This document shows, piece after piece, positions 1 through 9,427 of a stretch of DNA of 64,000 nucleotides. The stretch lies in the NCBI GenBank assembly GCA_038253125.1, contig JBBSHM010000002.1, forward strand, positions 946 through 64,945. The letters are read 5' to 3'. Both the position numbers and the translations under genes were made by a program. The DNA comes from Acidimicrobiales bacterium (GTDB lineage: Bacteria; Actinomycetota; Acidimicrobiia; Acidimicrobiales; JAUJNH01). The notes under the pieces are model-generated. The model had not been told where the DNA came from. It ran no database searches and saw only the letters and a program-made list of their open reading frames with translations. How positions within the stretch are numbered: position 1 is the stretch's first letter; each line of letters opens with the position of its first letter.

Positions 1-1
1 C

Positions 2-742
2 GAGGCCGACGCCCTGTACGACAAGGCGGCCGAGCTGATGGCCAAGCACCGGATCGACGCCGCCCTGCTCGAGGCGAGCCGGGCGCCGACCGACCGCAGC
101 CCGGTGGTGGAGCGGCCGGTGGACCTCGGTTCCGGGCAGTACGTACGGGCCCGCCTGCAGCTCATCCACCACGTGGCTGAGAACCACGGCTGCCGGCTCC
201 TCACCCACACCACCCGTGACGGGCGGGTGGCAACCGTGGTGGGCGTGGCCGACGACTCCGACCGGGTTGAGATGCTCTACACGAGCCTTCTGCTGCAGGC
301 CACCCGGCTGGCCGGTGCCGCCTGGTCGGACCGGGCCGCCGGCCCAACGGGTGCGCAGGTCCGGCGCCCCCCGGCCACCAGCAGCCAGGTGGCCTGGAAG
401 CGAGAGTTCCTGTTCGGCTTCGGGGTCCGGGTGGGCGAGCGCCTGGCCGAGCTGGCCCAGATGGCCGCCCACCCGCCGGGCGGTGAGGCCGACGGCAGCA
501 CGGTGGCCCTGGTGCTGGCCGACCGGGCTCAACGGGTTGACGCCTGGGTAGACCGGGCTCATCCCCGGTTGCGCTCGCTGGCCCCCGCCGCCGGGTTCAC
601 CGGCCACGGCGGCTTGGCTGCCGGACGGTCCTCCGCCGACTCCGCCGACCTGGGCAGCCGACAGGTCGAGGCGGCCCGCCGGGCGCTCTCATCCAGCTCT
701 GCTGGGCCGCTCGGGGCCTGGACCTCCCGCTCGGACCACTAG
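2..742 (+). CDS. DUF2786 domain protein (5' end outside window)
   Basis: Frame open from window edge: EADALYDKAAELMAKHRID matches the DUF2786 'A..KA..LM.++.I' pattern; later 'VG..D..RVEMLYTSLL.QA' and 'F..GF..RV.ERL' fit actinobacterial DUF2786 proteins. Confidence 0.8.
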   Translation, partial: EADALYDKAAELMAKHRIDAALLEASRAPTDRSPVVERPVDLGSGQYVRARLQLIHHVAENHGCRLLTHTTRDGRVATVVGVADDSDRVEMLYTSLLLQATRLAGAAWSDRAAGPTGAQVRRPPATSSQVAWKREFLFGFGVRVGERLAELAQMAAHPPGGEADGSTVALVLADRAQRVDAWVDRAHPRLRSLAPAAGFTGHGGLAAGRSSADSADLGSRQVEAARRALSSSSAGPLGAWTSRSDH

Positions 743-746
743 GCGG

Positions 747-1286
747 TTGAAGCTGATCGCCGTGGGCGGCCGTGACGGGGAGCGTCAGCGGGTCTACGAC
801 GCCGAGGACGCCGCCTTCCTCGAGACCTCCTACGCCGAGGGGCTGGGGGAGCGGGGCTGCCGGTGGCTGATCGAGCGCCTGACGGCCACGCCCTGGTGGT
901 CCGAGGCGGCGGGCGGTGTCGTGCCTGCGCTTCGGGCGGCCCGGGCCGACAGCGCCCGCTCGGCCGCGGTGGTGGCCGCCGGCAGGGCCGAGGTGCGCAT
1001 CGGTCCGGGCATGGACCAGGCGCACGTCCTCTCCCACGAACTGGCCCACCTACTGGCCGGAGCCGATGCCGGCCATGGCCCGTGGTTCCGAGCCGCCCAC
1101 CTGGACCTCGCCACCATTGCCCTCGGCACCCACGGCGCCGGCCGCCTGGCCGGCGCCTACGGCCGGGCCGGCCTGGCCATCGAGGATCGGCGATGGCCGC
1201 CACCCTCCGACCACGGTTCGGGCGGCCTGCTCGCCATCTGGGAAGCCCTCGTGGCGCTGGAGTCGTTCGGCCGCTGCGCAACCTGA
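747..1286 (+). CDS. HEXXH metallohydrolase (TIGR04338-like)
   Basis: HELAH and HGPWF motifs; directly follows DUF2786, its usual partner; TTG start is uncertain. Confidence 0.7.
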   Translation: MKLIAVGGRDGERQRVYDAEDAAFLETSYAEGLGERGCRWLIERLTATPWWSEAAGGVVPALRAARADSARSAAVVAAGRAEVRIGPGMDQAHVLSHELAHLLAGADAGHGPWFRAAHLDLATIALGTHGAGRLAGAYGRAGLAIEDRRWPPPSDHGSGGLLAIWEALVALESFGRCAT

Positions 1287-1519
1287 GGGCCGAAGCCTCG
1301 AAGAGGCGTCTTGCCCGCGCAACCCCTCTTCTGGTCCGCACACCGTGCCGACCGATGGCCTGGAGGGTTGCGGAGTGGCACTCCGATTGGCGTAAAAGGC
1401 CGGCTCAGCCGGTAGAGTTCATCCGGCGGAGGATGCCGAGGACCTGTCCCCCCATGGGTCGATGGGCTTCGGAGCTTCCCCCACCACAACGCAGCATCGG
1501 AGGAAGAGCACTGGCCGAG

Positions 1520-4500
1520 GTGGGCACCCGCGCCGACGACCCCCAGTGGGTCGCCATGGTCGAGGACGAGGCGGCAGATGAGGCCGCGCCCGGCGACCTG
1601 GCCGTCCTGGAGGGCGACCGGGTCCGGTGGCTGCGCGTGGCCCAGGCCATGCTGCGCGACACCGAGGACGCGATCGAGGACGTGGCCGAGCTGGCCGATC
1701 CCGTCGTACGGGCGCAGGCCATCGCCGACCTCAGCGACGAATCGGCCCGCCTCGCCGCCGTCGTCACCCGCCTCGCCGTCGCCGCCGGCCTCGGCACCCC
1801 GTGGCAGGCCGCACCGCCGCCCTCAACTGGGGACGGCACCGGCAGCCGCAGCCGCAGCCCGTACGAGGTGGCCGTGGCGGCGCCCACCGGGCCGCCCCGC
1901 CTTCAGGGCTCGTGGGTCGACGGCGGGCTGGTGCTGTGGGGCGGCGGTGCGGGCGTCCGGCCGCTGCCGGCGGCCGAGGTGGTGGCTTTGGGCGGCTCGA
2001 TCGGCGCCGACACCAGCGGCTGGACCCGCCGCAAGCCGGTCATCGTCCCTGGGGGTGACCAGGCTGACGCCTGGGCCGTGCCCCTGGAACGGGTCCTCGG
2101 CTGGCTGGTGGCGGTGGCCACCACCCCGCCGGGCGAGGTCGTGGCGCCGAGCCTGCGGTGGCTCGGCGAGGTGGCGGCCTGGGCCGTCGAGCTGGTGGCC
2201 ACCGGCCGGGCCGTGCCCATCATGCGGCGCTCGACGGGGGGCGGTTCCACCTCGCGGTGTCGGGTGCGATGGAGCCCGGCCCTGGTCGACAAGGACAGGC
2301 TGGACGCGGCGGCCGCCCGCCGGCCGGGTGCGGTGGCCATCACCGCCTCGGCCGAGGATGCGGCCGTCACCGCCCGGTCGGTCCTCGGCGCCGTGGTCGA
2401 CACCCTCTTCCGCCTCGCCGCCGCTCGCGCCCCCAGCATCCCCTCGCCACCGGACGTGACCACGGCGGCCGAGGTCGGCGAGTCGATCCTGGCCGGCCTG
2501 GCCGGCGAGCGGTTCGAGGCCGCCGAGCGGGTCGCCGGCATGGTCGAGCACCGCCTGAACCGGTGGGCCCGGGCCGTGACCGCCGAGGTCGCCCCGGCAC
2601 TGATCGTGCGGCTGGCCGAGCCCGATTCCGAGGGCGTGTGGCTGCTGTCGGTCCACGTGCCCGGTATCGGCGCTGGCGGCGGCGAGATGCCGGTCGAGGT
2701 GGCCATGGGCACGGCGAGGGGCGAGGAGCGGCGGGCCGTCGAGGTGGCCTACGGCCGGCTCGAGCGGCTGGTGCCAGTCATCTCCCGGCCCGGCCGGGCC
2801 CGACGGGGCGAGGTCGCCCTGTCCGACGCCGAGGCGTGGGAGCTGCTCACCGAGGTGGGGCCGGCCCTCGAGGCGGCCGGGTTCTCGGTGCAGGTGCCCC
2901 GGCTGCTGCGCCGTAGCCCCTCGCCCGTGCTGCGCCTGTTCACCAAGGAGGGCGGCTCAACCCACGTCGGGGCCAACCAGCTGGTCGACGTGCGCTGGTC
3001 GGTGCTGATCGGCGACCTCGAGCTGGACGCCGCTGACATCGCCCGGCTCGCCGCCCAGGCCACTCCGCTCGTGCGAACCGGCGGCCGGTGGGTGGCGCTG
3101 GAGCGGGCCGACCTGGTCGAGGCGGCCGCCGCCCTGGCCGAGCGTTCCCGGGTCAACCAGATGACGGGCGGGGCGGTGCTGCGCGAGGCGCTGGGGCTCG
3201 AGGGCTCCGGCCCGTCCGGCGGCATCAGGGTCGACGGCCAGGGGTGGGCCGCCGACCTCCTGCGTGAGGCCGGCTCCTTCCCGCCCCCGCCCGCCGATCC
3301 GCCCCAGTCCTTCCGCGGCGTCCTGCGCGCCTACCAGGCCGAGGCGCTCGGATGGCTCACGTTCCTCGACCGGGCCGGTCTCGGCGGCTGCCTGGCCCTC
3401 GACATGGGCCTCGGCAAGACAGCCACGGTGCTGGCCCGCATTGCCTCGACGTCGGATCAGGGGCCGACCCTGGCCGTGGTGCCACAGGCCGTGCTCAGCA
3501 ACTGGGCGGCTGAATCGAATCGTTTCACCCCTAGTCTCCGGGTGGCCGTCCACCACGGCTCGGCCCGAAGCGACGACCTGGTCAGGATGGCGGCCAGCTA
3601 CGACCTTGTGGTCACCACCTTCGGCACGGCGGTGCGCGACATCGACAGCCTGGCCGCGGTGAAGTGGGACCGGGTCGTCATCGACGAGGCCCAGAACATC
3701 AAGAACCCGGCGTCGGAGACGGCCAAGAGCCTGCGCCGCCTCCCGGCCCGGTCGCGGCTGGCGCTCACGGGCACGCCGGTCGAGAACGGACTCGGCGACC
3801 TCTGGGCCATCCTGGACTACACCAATCCCGGCCTGGTCGGCGCCCGCGACGCCTTTGTCGGGGGCCTGTCGGGCAGGACGGTCGCCGGCCAGGGCGCCGA
3901 GGCGGCGCTGCGGGCGCTGAACGGCCTCCTGGTCTTCCGACGAACCAAGTCCGAGCCTGAGATCGGCGCCGAGCTGCCCGACAAGATCGACGAGCTCGAG
4001 CGCTGCGCCATGACCACCGAGCAGATCGGGCTGTACCAGGCGGTGCTGGACAAGCTGGTGGCCGACCCTCCGACCGGTGACACCAAGGTGCGCAACGGCC
4101 GGGTGCTGGCCGCCATCACCGCCCTGAAGCAGATCTGCGACCACCCGGCCGCTTACACCCATGACGACCGGCCCCTGGCCGGCCGCTCCGGCAAGCTCAC
4201 CCGCCTGGAGCAGGTGGCCGACGCCGTGCGGGCCGCCGGCGAGAAGCTGCTCGTCTTCACCCACTTCGCCTCGTGGGGCGAGCGGCTGGCCGGGCACCTG
4301 GCCGAGCGCTACGGCGAGCCGGTCGGCTGCTACCACGGCGGGCTGGCCCGGGGGGCCCGGGACAAGCTGATCGAGGACTGGAAGGCCCGTCCGGGCGGCG
4401 GGATCCTGGTGCTGTCGCTGAAGGCCGGCGGCACCGGTCTCAACCTCACCGAGGCGAGCCACGTGGTGCTGTACGACCGGTGGTGGAACCCGGCGGTCGA

Positions 4501-4759
4501 GGACCAGGCCCGGGACCGGGCATGGCGCATCGGCCAGGAGCGCACGGTCGTCTCGCGCCGCTTCGTGTGCCCCGGCACCATTGACGAGCGGGTCGAGGAG
4601 GTGGTGGCCGGCAAGCGTCGCATAGCCGATCTCGTGCTGCCGGCCTCGTCATCGCTGGCCGACCTGTCGTCCGAGCAGCTGCGGGTCGCCCTCGGCCTGC
4701 GCCCCGACCAGCTGGTGGCCGACGACGACGGCTCGACCGACGAGGAGGCCGCGGCGTGA
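1520..4759 (+). CDS. SNF2-family helicase/ATPase (HelZ-like)
   Basis: DMGLGKT, DEAQNIKN, LTGTPVEN, SLKAGGTGLNL, DRWWNPAVEDQARDRAWRIGQ motifs; start estimated near GGAGGA at ~1499, not at 863. Confidence 0.92.
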   Translation: MGTRADDPQWVAMVEDEAADEAAPGDLAVLEGDRVRWLRVAQAMLRDTEDAIEDVAELADPVVRAQAIADLSDESARLAAVVTRLAVAAGLGTPWQAAPPPSTGDGTGSRSRSPYEVAVAAPTGPPRLQGSWVDGGLVLWGGGAGVRPLPAAEVVALGGSIGADTSGWTRRKPVIVPGGDQADAWAVPLERVLGWLVAVATTPPGEVVAPSLRWLGEVAAWAVELVATGRAVPIMRRSTGGGSTSRCRVRWSPALVDKDRLDAAAARRPGAVAITASAEDAAVTARSVLGAVVDTLFRLAAARAPSIPSPPDVTTAAEVGESILAGLAGERFEAAERVAGMVEHRLNRWARAVTAEVAPALIVRLAEPDSEGVWLLSVHVPGIGAGGGEMPVEVAMGTARGEERRAVEVAYGRLERLVPVISRPGRARRGEVALSDAEAWELLTEVGPALEAAGFSVQVPRLLRRSPSPVLRLFTKEGGSTHVGANQLVDVRWSVLIGDLELDAADIARLAAQATPLVRTGGRWVALERADLVEAAAALAERSRVNQMTGGAVLREALGLEGSGPSGGIRVDGQGWAADLLREAGSFPPPPADPPQSFRGVLRAYQAEALGWLTFLDRAGLGGCLALDMGLGKTATVLARIASTSDQGPTLAVVPQAVLSNWAAESNRFTPSLRVAVHHGSARSDDLVRMAASYDLVVTTFGTAVRDIDSLAAVKWDRVVIDEAQNIKNPASETAKSLRRLPARSRLALTGTPVENGLGDLWAILDYTNPGLVGARDAFVGGLSGRTVAGQGAEAALRALNGLLVFRRTKSEPEIGAELPDKIDELERCAMTTEQIGLYQAVLDKLVADPPTGDTKVRNGRVLAAITALKQICDHPAAYTHDDRPLAGRSGKLTRLEQVADAVRAAGEKLLVFTHFASWGERLAGHLAERYGEPVGCYHGGLARGARDKLIEDWKARPGGGILVLSLKAGGTGLNLTEASHVVLYDRWWNPAVEDQARDRAWRIGQERTVVSRRFVCPGTIDERVEEVVAGKRRIADLVLPASSSLADLSSEQLRVALGLRPDQLVADDDGSTDEEAAA

Positions 4760-4787
4760 GATCACCGACGAGAGGGTCGGGCCGCTC

Positions 4788-5054
4788 ATGAGCGGCAGGC
4801 GCAGGAAGAAGCCGCCGACGGTGGCGGTGGCCGACGTCGCCCGCTTCTGGGGCACCGATGTGGACGAGCCCATCGCCCCCTTTATCCGGCCGTCGACGGA
4901 CCCAACCGCCCTCCTGCGCTCCCTCGGCCCCATCCCGCTGACCGTCCAGGAGAAGCTGGCCGCCGCCCAGCTGCACGCCGTCTACGAGAAGGCCACCCAG
5001 GTGGCTACCGCGGTGGCTGCTGCCGCCAACCTCATCGAGCCTGAGGCACCGTAG
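4788..5054 (+). CDS. Small hypothetical protein
   Basis: 88-aa ORF with normal composition, 28 bp downstream of the SNF2 stop. Confidence 0.6.
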   Translation: MSGRRRKKPPTVAVADVARFWGTDVDEPIAPFIRPSTDPTALLRSLGPIPLTVQEKLAAAQLHAVYEKATQVATAVAAAANLIEPEAP

Positions 5055-5110
5055 GGCCGAGGCTGTCGACGCCGGTCACCTGCAAAGCCGTGGCTGTTGC
5101 GAAAGCCCGC

Positions 5111-5158
5111 TTCTGTCGGGACAAGCCATCCGCTGAGCGACATCTACTCCCGACAGAA
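5111..5158. repeat. 48-bp palindromic intergenic repeat, copy 1
   Basis: TTCTGTCGGGA...TCCCGACAGAA stem; same-length copies at 24911 and 55524. Confidence 0.85.
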
Positions 5159-5173
5159 CCGGTGGGGGAGGGT

Positions 5174-5356
5174 TTATGCGGCGGGGCCCGGGTGCTTCTC
5201 GCCCCGGGCCTCTTGAACGTCGTCCTCGGCCGCTTCGACCTCGCCCTGGTCCGGCTTGTGCCCAAGGTGCTCCTCGGCACGACCTTCGGCTTCGACCTCG
5301 CGATCCTCGGTGATGTTGCCGAGCACCTTCTTGATATGTCCTGTGGTCTCACCCAT
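5174..5356 (-). CDS. CsbD-like small stress protein
   Basis: 60 aa starting MGETTGHIKKVLGNITEDREVEAEG, resembling the CsbD 'G.+K+.+G.+T.D..+..EG' signature; it is the last 60 codons of the spurious 5174..6946 ORF. Confidence 0.65.
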   Translation of the reverse strand: MGETTGHIKKVLGNITEDREVEAEGRAEEHLGHKPDQGEVEAAEDDVQEARGEKHPGPAA

Positions 5357-5428
5357 TGGCTCTCGACTACCCGGCCGGCGCCGATGCGGAACCTCGATCT
5401 GTGCCCCGTGTTCGGCAAGGATGCCGTC

Positions 5429-7060
5429 GTGCTGCTGTGCGAAGTCGTCGCCACCTCGGCCGCCGTCACGGCCACCACCAGCCGCTCGGCCAAGGTGGCG
5501 GCGCTGGCCGACCTCCTGCGCCGCCTCGCCACGGACGAGGTCGAGGTGGTGGTCGCCGCCCTGGCCGGTGAGGCGAGGCAGGGCCGCATCGGCATCGGGT
5601 GGGCCACCGTCGCCGCTCTCGACGTGCCCGCCGCCGCCTCCGCCTCGCTCAGCATCACCGACGTCGACCGGGCTCTGGATGTTCTGGCCGCTTCGGTCGG
5701 TTCTGGCTCCCAGGCCCTGAGGTCCGCCCGCCTGGGAGCACTGCTGCGGGCGGCGACGGCCGACGAGCAGACGTTCCTGCGCCGCCTGCTGCTGGGCGAG
5801 CTGCGCCAGGGCGCCCTGGTCGGCGTGGTGACCGACGCCGTGGCCCGGGCGGCCGGCGTGCCCCTGGCCCAGGTGCGGCGGGCCGCCATGCTCGCCGGCG
5901 ACCTGCCGTCGGTGGCCGCCATCGCGTTGTCCGAGGGCGCCGCCGGCCTCGCCGGCGTCGGCCTGTCGGTCGGACGCTTCATCCAGCCGATGCTGGCCGC
6001 GCCGGGGGCGGCGGTGGCCGACGCCCTCCCCGCCCACGGCGGCCCGGCGTCGGTCGAGCAGAAGCTGGACGGCGCCAGGATTCAGGCCCACCGCACGGGC
6101 GACATCGTCCGACTGTTCACCCGCAACGGCAACGACGTCACCGCCCGCCTCGGAGCGGTCGCCGAGCTGGTCCGTGCCCTCCCCTGCACGTCGGTGGTGC
6201 TCGACGGCGAGGTCATCGGCCTGGACCAGGACGAGCGCCCGGAGCGCTTCCAGGACACGATGTCCCGCTTCGGCCGTCAGGCCGGCCACGCCGAGACCGC
6301 CCTGTCCTCCCCGCTCGGTGGGGCCGCTCGGGCCCTGTCCTCCCCGCTCGGTGGGGCCGCTCGGGCCCTGTCCTCCCCGCTCGGTGGGGCCGCTCGGGCC
6401 CTGACGGTGAGGTTCTTCGACTGCATCCACCTGGACGGGACCGACCTGGTCGACGAGGCACTCAGCACCCGGGCCGGGTCGCTGGCGCAGGTGGCCGAAA
6501 GGTGGCAGGTGCCGAAGATCATCACCGCCGACGTGGCCGAGTCCGAGGTGTTCCTGGCGGCCTCGCTGGCCGCCGGCCACGAGGGCGTGGTGGTGAAGGA
6601 CCTCGCCTCGACCTACGAGGCCGGCCGGCGGGGCGGGGCGTGGCGCAAGGTGAAGCCCGTCCGCACCCTCGACCTGGTGGTCCTCGCCGTCGAGTGGGGC
6701 AGCGGGCGCCGGTGGGGATGGCTGACGAACCTCCACCTCGGCGCCCGCGACCCGCAAGGTGGGCCGCCGATCATGGTGGGCAAGACGTTCAAGGGTCTGA
6801 CCGACGAGCTGCTGCGCTGGCAGACCGCCGCCCTGCTCGAGCGGGAGGCACCGGGTCCGAGCGGCCCCGCAGAGCGGGAGGCACCGGGCCATGTGGTCCA
6901 CGTCCGGCCCGAGCTGGTCGTCGAGATCGCCGTCGACGGGGTGCAACGCTCGACCCGATACCCGGGCGGGGTGGCCCTGCGCTTCGCCCGGGTCCGCCGC
7001 TACCGCGACGACAAAAGCCCCGCCGACGCCGACACCATCGACGCCGTACGCGCCCTTTAG
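5429..7060 (+). CDS. ligB: ATP-dependent DNA ligase (LigB-type)
   Basis: EQKLDGARIQ (KxDG), EGVVVK, YEAGRRG, WRKVK, GKTFKGLTD, LRFAR motifs; start estimated at GTG 5429. Confidence 0.92.
   Translation: MLLCEVVATSAAVTATTSRSAKVAALADLLRRLATDEVEVVVAALAGEARQGRIGIGWATVAALDVPAAASASLSITDVDRALDVLAASVGSGSQALRSARLGALLRAATADEQTFLRRLLLGELRQGALVGVVTDAVARAAGVPLAQVRRAAMLAGDLPSVAAIALSEGAAGLAGVGLSVGRFIQPMLAAPGAAVADALPAHGGPASVEQKLDGARIQAHRTGDIVRLFTRNGNDVTARLGAVAELVRALPCTSVVLDGEVIGLDQDERPERFQDTMSRFGRQAGHAETALSSPLGGAARALSSPLGGAARALSSPLGGAARALTVRFFDCIHLDGTDLVDEALSTRAGSLAQVAERWQVPKIITADVAESEVFLAASLAAGHEGVVVKDLASTYEAGRRGGAWRKVKPVRTLDLVVLAVEWGSGRRWGWLTNLHLGARDPQGGPPIMVGKTFKGLTDELLRWQTAALLEREAPGPSGPAEREAPGHVVHVRPELVVEIAVDGVQRSTRYPGGVALRFARVRRYRDDKSPADADTIDAVRAL
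6299..6403. repeat. 33-bp tandem repeat x3 within ligB (ALSSPLGGAAR)
   Basis: GCCCTGTCCTCCCCGCTCGGTGGGGCCGCTCGG repeated three times exactly, in frame. Confidence 0.95.
6839..6889. repeat. Second, inverted copy of the 33-bp element within ligB
   Basis: GAGCGGGAGGCACCGGG recurs at 33-bp spacing (6839, 6872); its reverse complement resembles the 6299 unit. Confidence 0.75.
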
Positions 7061-7114
7061 CCGCCGTCACTCGGTCGCTTTGCTCCCTCCGTTCCGGCGG
7101 GTTCGGCCGCCTGC
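7058..7114. repeat. REP-like element, left arm of inverted pair
   Basis: Reverse complement aligns with 8393..8464; begins at the ligB TAG stop. Confidence 0.75.
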
Positions 7115-7330
7115 GGGGCAGAATCCGGAGTGTCTGCTGGCGAGCTTCGGGTCCACGGGTGCTTGTGCACCTCGACGAAGCTGTACGGCGAGCTTCGCTT
7201 TTGGGCGGCGATCTTGGCCTTACGGCGGCGGGCTTGGTCTACGGCGGCGCCACCTTGGGTGCCGCCTGGGCGGCAGTGACGACGGCGCGCGCCCGGCCGT
7301 GAGGCCGAGGCGCCCGTAGGCTCCGCCGGA

Positions 7331-8275
7331 ATGTCCACTCCCACTCTGACCTTTCGACTGGTGCTGGCTGGGGCCAGCGGCCTTCTCCTGCTCGGGGGCG
7401 TCGCTGCTGCTGTCACCGTGGATGACGACGGCGGTTCGCCCAGGAGGATCGACACCGCGGCTGCGTCGGCGCCCGGAGACGAATCCGCCACTTCGACGGC
7501 CCCCGGGCCGCTGACCGACGGCCCGGCGACGACCGTGGTCGGTGCCCCCGACCCGGTCCCGGTCCCGGCGCCGACGAGCGACGCCGCCAGCCCGACCACC
7601 ACGGCCAGGGCCCCGCGGGCCACGACCACGACTAGGAGCCGATCAACCGCAACCAGTTCTACGCCGGGCCCGCTGATGGCGCCGAAGGCCGGGTCCTACG
7701 GCTACGACGCCACTACCGGCGCCGACGGCGCCGCGGCCACCACGTCCAAGGCGACTGTCATCGTTGAGGCCGCAGGCACCGCGGGGGCCGACACCCTTCA
7801 GGACATCACCATCCCGACCGGGGGCCTGGGCCAGGGCACGACCATCCGCAGCCGGGTCGCCTGGGGCCCGGCGGGCGCCATCGTCAGTCGCAGCCAGGCC
7901 TCGGGCGGCGACTGCATGTGGAAGCCGACGTGGCCGCAGTACGCGGGGAACCTGAAGATCGGCCAGGCATGGAGCTATGACACCAGCTGCTCGGTGACGT
8001 CTCCGATCCAGGCGACGATCCAGCGCCGGGGCAACCGGCGGGTGACCGGCACCCAGAGCATCGATGTCGCCGGTCGCCGGCTGGCCACCTGGACCATCGA
8101 CGTCGACGAGACCACGGTCATCACGACCGCCCTCGGAGTGATCTCAGTCCGCTCGGTCGGCACCGAGCAGCTGGCCCCGTCGCTAGGACTGCCCGTAACC
8201 AAGACCGAAGCCCTCTCCGGAACCGGAATCCCCCCCGGCTCCACCTCCACCCTAAAGCTCGTCTCCCCGGCCTGA
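7331..8275 (+). CDS. Secreted or membrane-anchored Thr/Pro-rich hypothetical protein
   Basis: N-terminal hydrophobic helix, Thr/Pro linker, beta-rich C-terminal domain with two Cys. Confidence 0.75.
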   Translation: MSTPTLTFRLVLAGASGLLLLGGVAAAVTVDDDGGSPRRIDTAAASAPGDESATSTAPGPLTDGPATTVVGAPDPVPVPAPTSDAASPTTTARAPRATTTTRSRSTATSSTPGPLMAPKAGSYGYDATTGADGAAATTSKATVIVEAAGTAGADTLQDITIPTGGLGQGTTIRSRVAWGPAGAIVSRSQASGGDCMWKPTWPQYAGNLKIGQAWSYDTSCSVTSPIQATIQRRGNRRVTGTQSIDVAGRRLATWTIDVDETTVITTALGVISVRSVGTEQLAPSLGLPVTKTEALSGTGIPPGSTSTLKLVSPA

Positions 8276-8392
8276 CCTCAAAGCCGATCTTCGCCCGCCG
8301 ATCGAGGGCTTTTGGGGAGTTCGAGGGGGCGCAGCTTGCGGAGCCCCCTCGTCAGGCGGCGAAAGGCGAGCTTGCTCGCCCGCCGTTGAAGG

Positions 8393-8494
8393 GCAGGCGG
8401 CCGAAGGCCGACCAGAAGACCCGCCCGAACGGAGCGAGCGCAGCGAGCGAGTGAGCGGCGGCTGAGAGCGCAGCGAGCGAGTGAGTGGCGGCTA
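8393..8494. repeat. REP-like element, right arm of inverted pair (partly duplicated)
   Basis: GAGCGCAGCGAGCGAGTGAG(C/T)GGCGGCT occurs twice; inverted homolog of 7058..7114. Confidence 0.75.
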
Positions 8495-9001
8495 TAGCCC
8501 GCTTAGAACCGGTCCAGGCCAGCTCGGCCAGCTGGTCGGCCAGCTCCTCAGCGGTGGTGTTGGTGGTGCCGGCGGCCCGGGCCCGCAGCCAGTGGCGGCA
8601 GGTCGATTCGGCCATGCCGACGATGCCGTGGGCCAGGGTGAGGGTCCGGTCCGGTGGCAGCTCGGCTGTGATGAAGGAGGCAATGAGCTTGGCTATGGCT
8701 CCCTCCACCAGGCGCCGAAGCCGGCCTGGACCTGTTGGCGGGGCCCGTCGGCCTCGGCGGCGGCTTTGGCGATGACGTCCATGAGCTGGCCGCCGACGTC
8801 GTCGAGCAGCTCGAGGTAGAGGGCGCGCTTCGAGCCGAAGTGCTGGTACAGGACAGGCTTGGTGACACCGGCCGCCATCGCCACGTCGTCCATGGACGTG
8901 CCGTGGAACCCGCCTGCAGAGAAGGTGGCCAGCGCCGCGTCGAGGAGCTGACGGCGGCGTCGGGCAGCTGGGAGGCGGGACGGGCGGTCGGGGAGCGGCA
9001 T
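8492..9001 (-). pseudogene. TetR/AcrR-family regulator, disrupted
   Basis: HTH 'GFHGTSMDDVAMAAGVTKPVLYQHFGSK' in 8693..9001; the C-terminal 'LAHGIVGMAE...AWTG' lies in another frame (break near 8709); a probable second slip near 8510. Confidence 0.75.
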
Positions 9002-9427
9002 GCGTTGCTACCGGATGGTAACAACGGCTAGGGGCACTGACGGCGTGTGGCCCCCGGCAGCTCCTCGCAGCTCTGTGCCCTCTGCACGTTTTGGGCTATG
9101 TGCCCGGGATGGGGGATCGGACAGGGGTGCCGGGGACCGGCGACGAACGACTTGGGCATGGGACCGAAGCACCAGACACATCGCCGGTCCGGTACCCGGC
9201 CTCCCGAACCGCCGCGACCCGCGCCGGCGCGACGCCCCGCCCTCTCCCTGGTCGCCGTCCAGGCCCGCCGCCGCCGGCGCCGGCCCTTCCTCCTGTAGCG
9301 GTCAGTGCCAGCGCTGCGTGTGGCGGCCGGGGCCTTCGCCGGCTGCAGCGGCTGGAGCCCTCATCACTGTCACGGCCGAGGTTGCCGCCTTTACGCCGAC
9401 GACCCTTGTGCGCAGAGCATCTTGTTC

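Noticed and set aside
863..1519. N-terminal 219 aa of the 1298-aa ORF
   Set aside because: Arg/Pro-rich shadow reading overlapping the metallohydrolase gene; the real SNF2 start is downstream.
6299..6403. Possible mini-CRISPR or intein in ligB
   Set aside because: Head-to-tail repeats with no spacers; too short and lacking intein motifs.
5357..6946. 590-aa antisense ORF and other long antisense or alternate-frame ORFs (e.g. 2957..4462, 17478..19403, 28355..29713, 60047..61906)
   Set aside because: Mirror ORFs of well-supported genes, expected at this GC content; no motifs.
9002..9427. Several overlapping ORFs in the TetR upstream gap
   Set aside because: None has a recognisable motif or convincing composition; no RNA family recognised.
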